In this document: one piece after another, positions 25,288 through 38,341 of the stretch
Numbering within the stretch: position 1 is the first letter of the stretch
Layout: each line of letters starts with the position of its first letter
DNA from: Malacoraja senta
Taxonomy: Eukaryota
Direction: 5' to 3'
Length of the DNA: 64,000 bases
Assembly: GCA_038087875.1 (NCBI GenBank)
Contig: JAXLNO010000146.1
Location: 248,001 to 312,000, forward strand
Translations under genes and position numbers: made by a program
Notes under the pieces: model-generated
Databases searched by the model: none
Seen by the model: only the letters and a program-made list of their open reading frames with translations
What the model was told of the DNA's origin: nothing

Positions 25288-25905
25288 ATGGGAGTAACCC
25301 CAGGTTTGTATTTCTGCTTTCTGCTTTCTGGCTCATCAGGGGAACCTGGCACCGTGGGTGGCTCTGCGGCACAGGAGGGGAGGAAAAAGAGTGGAAGGGC
25401 TATAGTAATAGGGGATTCAATTGTAAGGGGAATACATAGGCGTTTCTGCGGTCGCAAACGAGACTCCAGGATGGTATTTGGCCTCCCTGGTGCAAGGATC
25501 AGGGATGTCACTGAGCGGCTGCAGAACATTCTGGAGGGGGAGGGTGAACAGCCAGTTGTCGTGGTGCACATTGGCACCAACGATATAGGTAAAAAACGGG
25601 ATGAGGTCCTACAAGGTGAATTTAGTGAGCTAGGAGATAAACTTAAAAGTAAGACCTCAAAGGTAATAATCTCTGGATTACTACCATTGCCACGTGCTAG
25701 TCAGAGTAGAAATAGGAGGATATTGCAGTTGAATACGTGGCTTGGAAAATGGTGCAAGGGGGAGGGATTAAAATTTCAAGGGCATTGGAATCAGTTCTGG
25801 GGGAGGTGGGACCAGTACAAACAGGACGGTCTGCACCTGGGCTGGAATGGAACCAATGGCCTTGGGGGAGTGTTTGCGAGTGCTGTCGGGGAGGATTTAA
25901 ACTAA
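25288..25905 (+). pseudogene. CR1 ORF1 SGNH/GDSL esterase domain (N-terminus missing)
   Basis: VIGDSIVRG, LPGARIRDV, VHIGTNDIG and DGLHL blocks. Confidence 0.88.
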
Positions 25906-28900
25906 TGTGGCAGGGGGATGGGAGCATGAGCAGAGAGACAGAGGGTGTAAAGTGAGGGTAGAAGCAATAGGTTGCAAGGTGAAAAGTAAAACAAATCCAG
26001 GGCAACAATCAAAAAGGGCCACATTTCAACATAATTGTATAAGGGGTAAGAATGTTTTAAAAACAAGCCTGAAGGCTTTGTGTCTCAATGCAAGGAGCAT
26101 TCGTAATAAGGTGAATGCGTTGAATGTGCAGATAGCTATTAATGATTATGATATAGTTGGGATCACGGAGACATGGCTCCAGGGTGACCAAGCCTGGGAG
26201 CTGAACATCCAGGGATATTCAATATTCAGGAGGGATAGACAGAAAGGAAAAGGAGGTGGGGTCGAGTTGCTGGTTAGAGAGGAGATTAACGCAATAGAAA
26301 GGAAGGACATTCGCTTGGAGGATGTGGAATCGATATGGGTGGAGCTGCGAAACACTAAGGGGCAGAAAACGCTAGTGGGAGTTGTGTACAAGCCACCTAA
26401 CAGTAGTAGTGGAGTTCGGGATGGCATCAAACAGGAAATTAGAAATGCGTGCAACAAAGGTAAAACAGTTATAATGGGTGACTTCAATCTAAATATGGAT
26501 TGGGTGAATCAAATTGGCAGGGGTGCTGAGGAAGAGGATTTCTTGGAATGTATGCGGGATAGTTTTCTAAAGTAACATGTAGAGGAACCAACGAGAGAGC
26601 AGACTATTCTAGACTGGGTATTGAGTAATGTGGAAAGGTTAGTTAGCAGTCTTGTTGTGCGTGGCCCCTTGGGCAAGATTGACCATAATATGGTTGAGTT
26701 TTTCATTAGGATGGAGAGTGAAATAGTTAATTCAGAAACAAGGGTTCTGAACTTAAAGAAAGGTAACTTTGACGGTATATGACGTGAATTGGTCAAGACA
26801 GACTGGCAATTGATTCTTAAAGGGTTGACGGTGGATATGCAATGGAAGGCATATAAAGACCGCATGGATGAACTACAACAATTGTTCATCCCAGTTTGGC
26901 AAAATAATAAATCAGGGAAGGTAGTGCATCCGTGGATAACAAGGGAAATCATGGATAGTACCAAAACAAAATATGAAGCATACAAATTAGCCAGAAAAAG
27001 CAGCCTACCAGAGGACTGAGAGAAATTCAGAGTCCAGCAGAGGAGGACAAAGGGAAAAGGAAAATAGATTATGAAAGAAAACTGGCAGGGAACATAAAAA
27101 CTGACTGCAAGAGTTTTTATAGATATGTGAAGAGAAAAAGTTTAGTTAAAACAAACGTAGGTCCCTTGCAGTCAGAAACAGGTGAATTGATCATGGGGAA
27201 CAAGGACATGGCAGAGCATTTGAATAACTACTTTGGTTCTGTCTTCACTAAGGAAGACATGAATAATCTATCGGAAATAGTAGGGGACCGGGGGTCAAAT
27301 GAGATGGAGGAACTGAGTGAAATCCAGGTTAGTCGGGAACTGGTGTTAGGTAAATTGAATGGATTAAAGGCCGATAAATCCCGAGGGCCAGATAGGATGC
27401 ATCCCAGTGTACTTAAGGAAGTAGCCCCAGAAATAGTGGATGTATTAGTCAAGTCAAGTCAAGTCAAGTCAAGTGATAATGATAATTTTTCAAAACTCTT
27501 TAGATTCTGGAGTAGTTCCTGAGGATTGGAGGGTAGCTGATGTAACCAGACTTTTTTTTTAAAGGGAGGGAGAGAGAAAACGGGGAATTACAATCCAGTT
27601 AGTCTAACATCGGTAGTGGGAAAAATGCTAGAGTCAGTTATTAAAGATGGTATAACAGCACATTTGGAAAGTGGTGAAATCATTGGACAAAGTCAGCATG
27701 GACTTATGAAAGGTAAATCAAGTCTGACGAAACTGATATAATTTTTTGAGGATGTAACTAGTAGAGTGGTTAAGAGAGAACCAGTGGATGTGTTATATTT
27801 GGACTTTCCGAAGGCTTTCGACAAGGTCCCACATAAGAGATTAGTATGCAAACTGAAAGCACAGGGTATTGGGGGTTCGGTATTGATGTGGATAGAGAAC
27901 TGGCTGGCAGACAGGAAGCAAAGAGTAGGAGTAAACGGGTCCTTTTCAGAATGGCAGGCAGTGACTCGTGCGGTACCGCAAGGCTCAGTGCTGGGACCCC
28001 AACTATTTACAATATATATTAATGATTTGGACGAGGGAATTGAATGCAACATCTCCAAGTTTGCGGATGACACGAAGCTGGGCTACAGTGTTAGCTGTGA
28101 GAAGGATGCTCGTAGGCTGCAAGAGGACTTGGATAGGTTGGGTGTGTGGTCAAATGCATGGCAGATGCAGTATAATGTTGATTAATGTGAGGTTATCCGC
28201 TTTGGTGGCAAGAACAGGAAAGTAGACTATTATCTGAATGGTGGCCGATTAGGAAAAGGGGAGATGCAACGAGACCTGGGTGTCATGGTACACCAGTCAT
28301 TGAAAGTAGGCATGCAGGTGCAGCAGGCAGTGAAGAAAGCGAGTGGTATGTTAGCATTCATAGCAAAAGGATTTGAGTATAGGAGCATGTAGGTTCTACA
28401 TCAGTTGTACAGGGCCTTGGTGAGACCACACCTGGAGTATTGTGTACAGTTTTGGTCTCCTAATCTGAGGAAAGACATTCTTGTCATAGAGGAAGTACAG
28501 AGAAGGTTCACCAGAATGTTTCCTGGGATGGCCGGACTTTCATATGAAGAAAGACTGGATAGACTCGGCTTGCACTCGCTAGAATTTAGAAGATTGAGGG
28601 GGGATTTTATAGAAACTTAATAAATTCATAAGGGGTTGGACAGGCTAGATGCACGAAGATTGTTCCCGATGTTGGGGAAGTCCAGAACAAGGGGTCACAG
28701 TTTAAGGATAAGGGGGACGTTTTTTAGGACCGAGATGAGAACAATATTTTTCACACAGAGAGTGGTGAATCTGTGGAATTCTCTGCCACAAAAGGTAGTT
28801 GAGGCCAGTTCATTGGCTATATTTAAGAGGGAATTAGATGTGGCCCTTTTGGTTAAAGGGATCAGGGGGTATGGAGAGAAGGCAGGTACAGGATACTGAG

Positions 28901-28982
28901 TTGGATCATCATATTGAATGGCGGTGCAGGCTCGAAGGGCCGGATGGCCTACTCCTGCACCTATTGTCTATGTTTCTATGAT

Positions 28983-31900
28983 TCCCCCCTCGCCACGCGC
29001 CCTCTCCCCATCCCTCCCGCTCTACCTCCCTCCCTCTCCCCTCCCGTTCTACCTCCCCTCTCTGCCCTCCCTCTCGCCCGCTCTCCTGCTCTCCCTCTCC
29101 CTCTCCTTTTCACCTCTCCCCTCCCCAGCTCTACCTTCCCCACTCCCCTCTCCTCCCCATCTTCTCCCGTCTTCCTATTCCCTTCTCGTCCCCACCAATC
29201 TCCACTTCTTTCCCCTTCCCGTTCCCTCACTCTGCGACCCCTCCCCTCCCCTCTCCCCATCTCCCCTTTCTACCTTCCCTTCCCCCTCTACTACCACCCC
29301 CCTCTCCCGCCTTTCAACTACCCTCCATCTCCCCTCCCTCCCCCAATCCCTCCCCCTCTCCTTCTTCCTGCCCCGCTCCCCCTCCCCTCTCTCACCCCCT
29401 CCCCCTCTACCTCTATCCCCTCTCCTCTCCTCTCTCCATCTCCCCACTACATCCCCTCTCTTCCCTCCCGCTCTTCCCCTCCCTCCTCCACTCCCTCTCC
29501 CCCTTCCCATTCACCCTCTTTCCCCTCACATTCCTCTCCCTCTCGCCCCTCCCCCTCTCGCCCCTCCCCCTCTCGCCCCTCCCCCTCTCACTCTCCCCCC
29601 CTCTTCCTCCACCTCTCTTGCTCCCCCTCTCTCCCCTCTACCATTCCCCTCACGCCTTCAGTTCCCCCTCCCCTCCCTCTCCCCTCCCCTATCATCCCCC
29701 TCCCCATCTCCCCTCTCCTTCCCCCTCTTCCTCGCGCTCCCTCACCCTCTGCCCTTCCCTCCATTCTCCCCTCCCCTCTACATCCCTGCCCTCTCCTCCC
29801 CCCTCACCCCTCTGCCTTCCCCTCTCCTATCCCACTCCTCTCCCTCTCTCCCCTCCGGCTTCACTCTCCCCCAGCCTCCCCTCGCCTCGCCGTCACCTCC
29901 TCTCCCATCTAGCTCCCCCTCACTCCTAACCCACTGCCCCTCCCCCTGTCCCTCTTCCTCTTTCCTCCCCTCTCCTTTCACCCACTCTATTCCCGCTCCC
30001 TCTCCCCCTCCCCTCTCTACCCGCTCCCTCTCCCCTCCCTCTCCCCACCCTCTCTTCCCCTCTCTCCTTCCTCTCCCCCCATCTCCCATCCCACACCGCT
30101 CCCTCTCTCCTCTCCCTTCCCCTCTCCTCTCCCCCCTCACCTCACAACTTGCCCCTCTCCCCTCTACTCTCCCATTCCCCCCCACCTCTCCCCTTCCCCT
30201 CCACCTCTCCACTACCCTCTCTCCCCCCCCCCTCTCCTCTCTACTCTACTCTCCCCTTCCGCTCCACCTCTCACCTTCCCTTCTCTCTCCTCTCTCTCAC
30301 TCCACCCCCTCGCTCTCTCCCCTCCCACTAACCCCTCCACAGCTCCCCTCCACCTCTCTCCCCTCCCCACGTCTCATCTCTACGCTCCCCACCCTCCTTC
30401 CCTGTCCCCTCCCGCTCTCACTTCCCCTCCCACAATCCCCTCACCCTCTCCCGCCCACTTCCTCCCTCTACCCTCCCCCTCCCCTCTCTCCTCCCCTCTC
30501 CCTCCCCTCTCCCTCCCCCTCTCCCTCCCCTCTACCTCCCGTCCCCCTCCGTCTCCCCTTCCCCCCTCTCACCTCCCCCTCTCCTTCTCTCCTCTCCCCC
30601 CCCCCCCCCGCCACCCTCCCCTCTCCCCGCCCCTTTATCATACCCTCCCCCTCTCCCTCCCCCGCCCTCTCTCCCCCTCTCCACTGCCCCTGTCCTGCCG
30701 TCCCCCTCTCCCTCTCCCCTCCACTTCCCCCTCCCCTCCCCCTCTCCCCTCCCCCTCATCCCTCCCCCTCTCCCCTCCCCCTCTCCCCCCAATGGGAGCA
30801 GAGCGGCCGCTGTTGCTGCTGCCGCCTAGAGGCAGCGCGCACCCATTCTATTCAGTCCGCAGTGGACTGAATGCAGAAGATAGACACAAAATGCTGGAGT
30901 AACTCAGCGGAACAGGCAGCATCTCTGGAGAGAAGGAATGGGTCCATTCCCATCCCCACTCGTCCCTTGTCCCCTCGCTCCACTCCCCGCTTTACCGTCA
31001 TCCCTGCCCATGCCTTTGCTCTCCGTCTCCCCCTCACCCATTCCCCTTTCCCCCATCTCCTCTCCCCATCTACACGCCCCAACTCTCCCATCTCCACTCC
31101 ACTCCCCTCCCCCCTTTCCCCTCCCCTCTCCGTCTCCGCCTCTCCTCTCCCCTCCCCCTCCCCTCTCATTCCCCTCCTCCGCCTCCCCCTCTCCGCTTCC
31201 CCTCTGCCCCACCCCTCTCTCCTCTCCTCTCTCCTATCCGTACCCCTCTCCGCTCCCCCTCCCCTACTCCTCTCCACCACCCTCCCCCTTTCCTCCTCTC
31301 CCCTTTAGCTCTTCCCCCTCTCCCCTCCCACCTCCTTACACTCTCCCCTCCTCCTTCCCCGCTCCCGCTCCCCCTCTCCACCCTCCCGCCCACTCTCCCC
31401 CTTCTCCTCTCTCCCCTCCTCCCCTCCTCCCCCTCTCCCCTCCCCGTCTGCCTTCTCCCCTTTCCTCTCCCCTTCCCCTCTCTTCCCACCCCTCTACTCT
31501 TTCCCTCCCCTTCCCCTCCCCTCCCCCTCTCCCCTCCCCCCTCGCCCCTCCCCCTCTCCGCTCCTCTCTCCCCCTCCCCCACGCTGCCAGGGGATTTTCA
31601 CCGGTTTCACCTTCGCTGCGAAGCTGCAGCGGGACGCGGCTGCCAGCCGAGACACTGGCCAATGGGAGCAGAGCGCGGCTGTGTCAGTCGCCTCCTCCCC
31701 CTCTCCCCCCCGTCTGCCTTCTCCCCTTTCCTCTCCCCTTCCCCTCTTTCCCCTCCCCCTCTCCCCTTTCCCTCCCCCTTCCCCTCCCCTTTCCCCCCCC
31801 CCTCTCACTCTCCCTCTCCTCTCCCCTCCTCCTCTCCCCTCCTCCTCTCCCCTCCTCCTCTCCCCTCCCCCTCTTCGCTTCCCCTCTCCCCTCCCCTCCC

Positions 31901-32545
31901 CTCCCCCCCTCTCTCCACTACTCTCCCCCATTCCCCCTTCCGCTCCTCCCCCTCTCCCTTCCCCGTCTGCCTTCTCCCCTCTATTCCCTCCCCTTCCCCT
32001 CTCTCCCCTCCCCCTCTCCCCACCCCTTCTCCTCTCTCCTCTCCCTGCCCCTCTCTCCCATTCCCCTCCCCCCTTCCACTCCCCCTCTCACTCTCCCCTC
32101 CCTCTCCGCTCCCCATCCCCCTCCCTCTCCCCATCCCCCTCCCCTCCCCCTCTCCCCTCTCACACCTCTCCCCCTCTCCCCGCACCCTCTCCCCTCCCCC
32201 TTTCCTGTCCCCCTCTCCTCCTCCCCCTTTTCCCCCTCCCCCACGCTGCCAGGGGATTTCCACCGGTTTCACATTCGCTGCGAAGTTGCAGTGGGGCGCG
32301 GCTGCCAGCCGTGGCACTGGCCAATGGGAGCAGAGCGGTTGCTGGGTATAGCGAGGCTGTACAGGTTGAGTTTCTGTGTCTGGAAGCCGTTGCTGCCGCT
32401 GCTGCTGCTGCTGCCGCCTAAACGCAGCGCGCAACCCTTCTATTCAGTCAGCAGTGGACTGAATGCAGAACATGGACACCATACTCTGGAGTAACTCAGC
32501 GGGACAGGCAGCATCTCCGGAGAGAATGAATGGGTCCATTCCCGT
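28983..32545. repeat. ~3.5-kb polypyrimidine/polypurine low-complexity array interspersed with repeated non-simple modules
   Basis: Plus strand almost only C/T in 28983-30789, 30950-31578 and 31690-32240; ~100-bp module at 31577-31675 and 32240-32337; ~130-bp module at 30815-30950 and 32400-32543. Confidence 0.9.
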
Positions 32546-32611
32546 GAGATGCTGCTTGTCCGTTCAGTTACTCCAACATTTTGTGTCTATCTTCGGTTTA
32601 AACCAGCATCT

Positions 32612-32990
32612 TGGACAATAGTTGCAGGTGTAAGCCATTCGGCCCTTCGAGCAAGCACCGCCATTCAATGTGATCATGGCTGATCATCCACAATCAGTAC
32701 CCCGTTCCAGTCTTCTTCCCTGACTCCACTATCTTTAAGAATATCCAATTCTCTCTTGAAAACATTCAGAGGATTGGACTTCACTGCCTTCTGAGGCAGA
32801 GAATTCGACAGATTCACAACTCTCTGGGTGAAAACGTTTTTCCTCATCTCCATTCAAAATGGCCTATCCCATATTCTTAAACTGTGGCCCTTGGTTCAAG
32901 ACTCTCCCAACATCGGGAACATGTTTCCTGCCTCCACAGTGTCCAATCCCTAAATAATCTTATATGTTTCAATATATGTTTCAATATATA
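32612..32990 (-). mobile_element. CR1 3' end fragment
   Basis: Near-identical to the CR1 3' end at 63255-63600 (tgatcatggctgatcatccacaatcagtaccccgttcc...cccaacatcgggaa). Confidence 0.85.
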
Positions 32991-32997
32991 ATATCAA

Positions 32998-33460
32998 CCT
33001 TAAGTGGGGGGCTACCATCGACTCCACAGTCAAAAACGCACAACAGAGGATATACTTCCTACGGCAGCTGAGGAAGCACAATCTGCCCCAGGTAATGATG
33101 GTCCAATGCTACACTGCCATCGTAGAGTCTGTCCTCACCTTCTCCAACATGGTCTGGTTTGGCTCAGCCACCAAACACGATATCCGGAGGCTGCAGCGTA
33201 TCGTCCGATCAGCAGAGAAGGTCATTGGCTGCAACCTTCCCTCCATTGATGAACTGTACACTGCAAGGGCCAAGAAGCGAACGGGCAAGATCATATCTGA
33301 CCACTCACACCCTGGCCACAAGCTTTTTGAATCACTTCCCTCCGGAAAGCGACACCGGATTGTAAAAGCTGCCACAGCCAGACATAAAAACAGTTTTTAT
33401 CCATGAGTAGTTGCTCTACTCAACAGCCAAAAATCTGTGGCCTCCCTTTGCTCTGGTATT
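32998..33460 (+). mobile_element. Rex1/Babar LINE 3' fragment
   Basis: AQQRIYFLRQLRK, YTAIVESVLTFS..VWFGS and LPSGKR.R.VKA.TARHKNSFYP (ORF 33095..33406). Confidence 0.88.
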
Positions 33461-33464
33461 TTGA

Positions 33465-33937
33465 TGTTGGCCGCGGGCCGACGGTCAGAGCTTCTTCTCC
33501 TCCCGGGTCCCCACGAGGGATCCCAGGCTCCGCACGCCGCCAGCTGGAGCTCCGCAGACCGCGACTTCAGGCTGCCGGCTGCCGCGGGCCAGCGTAACGG
33601 AGCGCTCACCTGCTGCGAGCCCTGACGAGGGCTCGCCCGGTCCACGCCGAGAGTCCGCGCTGCGCCCGCCGCTGAAGCCCCGGGCGCGTCTCCGGGAAAG
33701 GCCGCCCAATCCTCGATGTTAGGCCACGGGGGAGGCGAGCTGGAAAAAGTCGCCTCTCCTTCGAGGAGGCGACCGAAACGGTTTCCCTGCTTACCACCCC
33801 ATCCCCACACCACCCCCCACACAAGACACACAAAGAAACATTAAAAACATACATTAAAACACACTTAAAAAAGAAACAAAAGTTGAAAAGACTACCACGC
33901 TGCTGACAGGGTTGCCGGCTTGCAGCGCCCCCACCGA
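33465..33937 (-). mobile_element. 5' part of the GC-rich non-coding element family
   Basis: Reverse strand contains ggagaggcgactttttcc...gtggcctaacatc, as at 15385-15440 and 20177-20230. Confidence 0.6.
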
Positions 33938-34394
33938 TAAAGTTTATCATGTCGATAAAGTCAACGAAGGTAGGGAATAGTCCCACATACACCTATTTGT
34001 TTTGTGTCATAAAAGTGTATTTTGCTGCGCTCAAAACGAGATGGACGTTATTCCCTAATGAGCAGTGTCGACGTTAAATGGGGAGATTTACTGGATGCGA
34101 TTAATTTCGTCAAGCATTTTATTTCAAATGCTAACCATTCAGCTTAATTGCCCTGAATACGGAAGCTATCCTTTTGGCACTGATTTGTAGTTTACAGTTT
34201 GACGAAACATAGATATAATATACAATGTAATATTACTGTTTGACACAGATCTGCAAAAATTACTGCCAGAAATGCAAAAGGTTTTTGAATTATTGGGGAA
34301 TCGATTGAAGGATAAAAAAAATACAACAAACTATTTTTTGGTGTCAAAATCACAACTGTCATTTTATCACGATCAAATAAAAGGAGTGATCAAT

Positions 34395-35490
34395 ATTAAT
34401 CAATATTTTAAATATTTTCAAATCCATGACTATTTGAAAAAATATACACAAGAATATCAAAATCTGTCTCCAGACCTATTAGACGAAGCAATGAATATAA
34501 AGGCGGAATCAACTAATTTAATATCATACTTGTATAATATCATCCTAAATATAGAAATGCCATCATCCGATAGAATTAGAAGAGATTGGGAACAAGAACT
34601 AGCTATAAAAATCTCGAAAGAGAGTTGGGATAAACACTTGCTGTATGTGCACAAATGCTCGATCAATGTAAGACATATTCTAATCCAATTTAAAACTTTA
34701 CATAGACTATATTACTCAAAAACTACAAGAAGTGACTTTTTTCCAAATGTCTCACCCATCTGTGATAAATGTCTATCCCAAGAAGTAACTATAGCACATT
34801 CCATTGTTTTTTGTATAAAAATCCAAACATTTTGGAATGAAATCTTTGAAATGTTTACAAAATTATTTAAAATAAAACTGAACCCGAACGCAGAATTTTT
34901 TATTTTTGGAACAATGAAAGCCAGCTTTGAGCTGACTTCGTTCCAAAAGAGCTTCCTTAATTACGGCTTAATAATGGCAAAAAGACATACTTAAATTCTG
35001 GAAAAACGCTCCCACACCAACGATAAAAATGTGGATTTCAAATATGTCCAAAATGTTACACCTGGAAGACATGAGATTCCTCCTACAGGCCAATCAGACC
35101 ATTTCCAAAAGATTTGGTCTCCATTTATCGACTTATTACAAGCATAGGGTGCAACATAACTTTGAAAATAAATGGTTTCAGGAACTGGTGAGGGGTGTGT
35201 AAAGATACGAAGTAGGTACATCCCTTTTATCTTATTTTACTTTCTTATATCTTCTGTTTTCGATTTTTCTCTTTCTTTTTCTTTGGTTTTCTTTTTAACT
35301 CTTTCTCGTGTTTTACGTTTCTACGGGTTTCTCCTGATCACTCTTTCACGCACTTACTATCTTATCTAACTCTCTATTTTTCTTATTTTTAAAGTTTAAA
35401 ACAAGACGTGATACAGGAAATGTATTATGTTATTTTTGGCTTATATCACTGTAATGTACATTACTTCTAATAAATAAAATATTATAAAAA
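34395..35490 (+). mobile_element. 5'-truncated L1 (ORF2 C-terminus, 3' UTR, A-rich tail) inserted in the gene C intron
   Basis: YFKYFQIHDYL, WEQEL, IQFKTLHRLYY, CDKC......HS...C..IQTFW (CCHC). Flanks rejoin sequence homologous to 16900-16965. Confidence 0.88.
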
Positions 35491-37216
35491 TAGATAATCA
35501 AATACATTTCTCCATGGCGAAATTTAAGTTTTATTTTCAAATACGGCCACCGTTATCTGCTAATATCAGCGACGGCGGACATCAATGTTGTGATAACCAT
35601 GTAACCTTACATTCACTAAGCGCATTTCTTACACTTATTTCTCGATTATACTTGCATAATTGTTCAAAGGCCTCCATAACGATTTGTTGTACAGCAATTG
35701 TTTGGTTTCTGTTAAGAAAACATACCTGGTAGTTGTTACTGTATTATAACAAAGTGAGAACATACCAGGATAGTTTAAGCATAAAAATAAACTGGTACTA
35801 AATATAAACGACGGTATAATATTTTCTGAAACCCGCAGCTTTAACGTCTGAAATTAATCTGCAGCTAAATCACAACGTGACCTGTGATAAAAATTCTTAA
35901 TGCGTACCGACCACTGTCCTTATCAGTGTAATCATTCTCACAGATGAGTCACGCCAGCACAGTGATTGTTGCTCCAGAGGAAATTTGAAAGATAATCAAA
36001 AATCCCTAAAAGCGTTGGTTACTGTAATAGCCCCCATTTCGTGCATTTCGTGTATGCCCCATTTCGTGCATAAATTATGGATAATAGGCACGAGTTAGAA
36101 ACCGTATCCTGATTATTATTCATTCCATAGATTGAATTAAATAACTGTGGATAAATGAGCAATGGAAATAATGCAACATGTGGAAGAAAGACAATTTTCA
36201 AGATACGTTTTAATGCAATTCCCTTTATTCTTTGCAGCTAATATATTGACAATCTCCATCCTGTCCACCGGAAAGTGTGGGCTCTCCATATGCATCACCC
36301 GATATCTAGTATGGATGGCGGCAGCTAATCTATCGCATCTGATATTTGGTCCAATACTTTTTGAGATTAATGATGCGTTTTTCCACGTCCAGTCCTAGAT
36401 TACATTCCAATCTGCCGTCTCAATATGACCTTGATTTATATTGTTATTGATTGTTCCGTTTGGTTGACTGTTTCGTTTACCTTTGATCGATTTGTTTCTA
36501 TTTGTTGTCAGTCGTTAAAAACTAAGTACTGCACTGAAAAAAATTCAACAACGATTATAACGATCGTTTGTTTATTATGTATTGTTGAAAATATGCCGGT
36601 TTTCTTCTTACTTGAACCACGTGAAATAATTGACAATGTGCCCTGGTACTGCACTGCCAAATCAAGCTTCTATAATTTACCTATCTGGGCTGCATTCTTA
36701 TAGTTAGAGACCATTTTAACACAATTTCTACCATTTGTGTTGACTTTCCTGTTCAACGCCTTAACAATAAGTCATATTATACGGGCGAACAGAATCAGAA
36801 ACAAACTACGGGGAAACGAAATTGAGAAGTGCCGGATGGTTCAAGAAATTGAGAATCGCTAATTTTACTACTCGCGATATCTGGTAGTTTCCTTCTATTG
36901 TGGACGGTAAATTTTGCTTGCTTTGTTGCTCTACATTTTACCGATAATCAACTGATGAAATCTGATTACAGAGATCATTTGCCGTTGCAGAAGAAACTGG
37001 ATTCCAGTTAAGAGTTTTCAGCACACTTCCGGTGGCGTCATGTTGGACTAACAGACGTGCACCTAGCTCCTGTCCCGAAAAATTTCACGATTTATCGTGT
37101 AAAACGGGTCCAGAAATCGGGATTGTATTAAAAAACCTTACCGGAGCTTCTGGTCGTCGCGCTGATGACGTCATCATTAAGCGCGATGTTTTAAACGGTG
37201 GTTTAAAGCCCTTTAA

Positions 37217-38341
37217 ATGAGTAAACTGCCTCCAGCTGTGAGCCCTCAGAGAACAGTGAAAAAGCTGCTGAGAGACCAGAAGAAGTCTGAAGCAGAAGTT
37301 ACCTCTGAAGTCTCTGAAGTCTCTGAAGTCTCTGAAGTGGCTGCAGAAATGGATACAAGAGCTGAGAAAGAGTTTGATGACTTGAAGAAATCAGTGAAAG
37401 ATATGAAAGATGAGATTTTGGATGAAAATAAAATTATGATGGAAAATATGAAGGAAAATATGAAGGAAAATATGGGAAATATGATGGAAAAAATGGAAAA
37501 GATGATGAGGGATTTAAATGCTGGTAATCAGAAGGCTATGGATGCTAGCAATCAGAAGATGATTGATTCACTGGACATTATGAATAAACGAATTGAGGAT
37601 GTGAAAGATGGACTATCGGAGAGAATGGACAAGATGGATGAAACTACTACGGACAGGTTCACGGCTGTGCTTGAAACAGTAGCTGCAAGTATGCGCACAA
37701 TTACGGAATTGGAGAAAAACACGGCTCGAGTGGTTGAAGACATGGCGAAAATGAGGCAAGAACATGAGCAAATGAGGCGAGAAAATGAACAAACTTCACT
37801 ACAGATGGTGACTCAACTTAGTAAAGTTTCAGAAAAATGCATGGACCTGGAAGCTCGCTCTAGACGTCAGAATTTGAGAATTCTTGGAGTCTCAGAGGGA
37901 GCCGAGGGGGAGGATGTGCGTGAGTTTGCCATGGGCTTGCTTAAACAACTGCTTAATCTTTCCAAAGAACCGAAAATCGAAGTGGCTCATCGTGTCCCAA
38001 GATTTAAACAAAGATCTGGTGCGGGAAAAACTTATCCACGACATATTATTGTGAAATTTCGGGATATTTTAGAACTGGAAGATGTTATGAGCAAAATCAA
38101 ACACGGTGTGCAACTGCGGCTGGACAATGATACTATCAAGATATTCAGGGACTACCCGTATGAAATTGTGCAAAAAAGAAACAAATTCGAGAAGGTTAAG
38201 GATCTTTTAAGAGGGAGAGAAGGGATCAGATATGGAGTTCTTTATCCAGCGAAAATGCGTATTTCCTTCAAGGGTTCTGAAAAGTCCTTTGTTAAGCCTG
38301 AAGACGCGTTTAAATATGCCCAAACTATCGTTGAAAAATAG
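37217..38341 (+). CDS. L1 ORF1p (coiled coil + RRM + CTD), open reading frame of 374 aa
   Basis: DLEARSRRQNLRILGVSEG, IEVAHRV, PRHIIVKF, IFRDYP and LYPAKMRI motifs. Confidence 0.92.
   Translation: MSKLPPAVSPQRTVKKLLRDQKKSEAEVTSEVSEVSEVSEVAAEMDTRAEKEFDDLKKSVKDMKDEILDENKIMMENMKENMKENMGNMMEKMEKMMRDLNAGNQKAMDASNQKMIDSLDIMNKRIEDVKDGLSERMDKMDETTTDRFTAVLETVAASMRTITELEKNTARVVEDMAKMRQEHEQMRRENEQTSLQMVTQLSKVSEKCMDLEARSRRQNLRILGVSEGAEGEDVREFAMGLLKQLLNLSKEPKIEVAHRVPRFKQRSGAGKTYPRHIIVKFRDILELEDVMSKIKHGVQLRLDNDTIKIFRDYPYEIVQKRNKFEKVKDLLRGREGIRYGVLYPAKMRISFKGSEKSFVKPEDAFKYAQTIVEK

Larger units (their letters stand above)
24661..28982 (+). mobile_element. Near full-length but inactivated CR1 LINE (5' minisatellite, ORF1 esterase, ORF2 APE-RT, tail)
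   Basis: ORF1 SGNH motifs; ORF2 NARSIRNK/GITETWL/MGDFN (APE) then DFPKAFDKVPH, VPQGSVLGP, FADDTK. Many stops and frameshifts; tail tctatgtttctatg. Confidence 0.93.

Noticed and set aside
24635..25580. Repetitive proteins (ERLEREEQRPGG)n, (PDAAPPAPTAHR)n and similar
   Set aside because: Open frames arise on both strands only because the 36-bp unit is a multiple of 3 and mostly stop-free.
28914..32494. Long Pro/Ser/Leu-rich (332, 650, 518 aa) and Gly/Arg/Glu-rich ORFs, extensin-like
   Set aside because: Artefacts of C/T low-complexity DNA lacking stop codons; open in several frames at once.
37217..38341. Domesticated L1TD1-like or host coiled-coil gene
   Set aside because: It is ORF1 within a TSD-bounded L1 that also has ORF2 and a tail; intactness is compatible with a young age.
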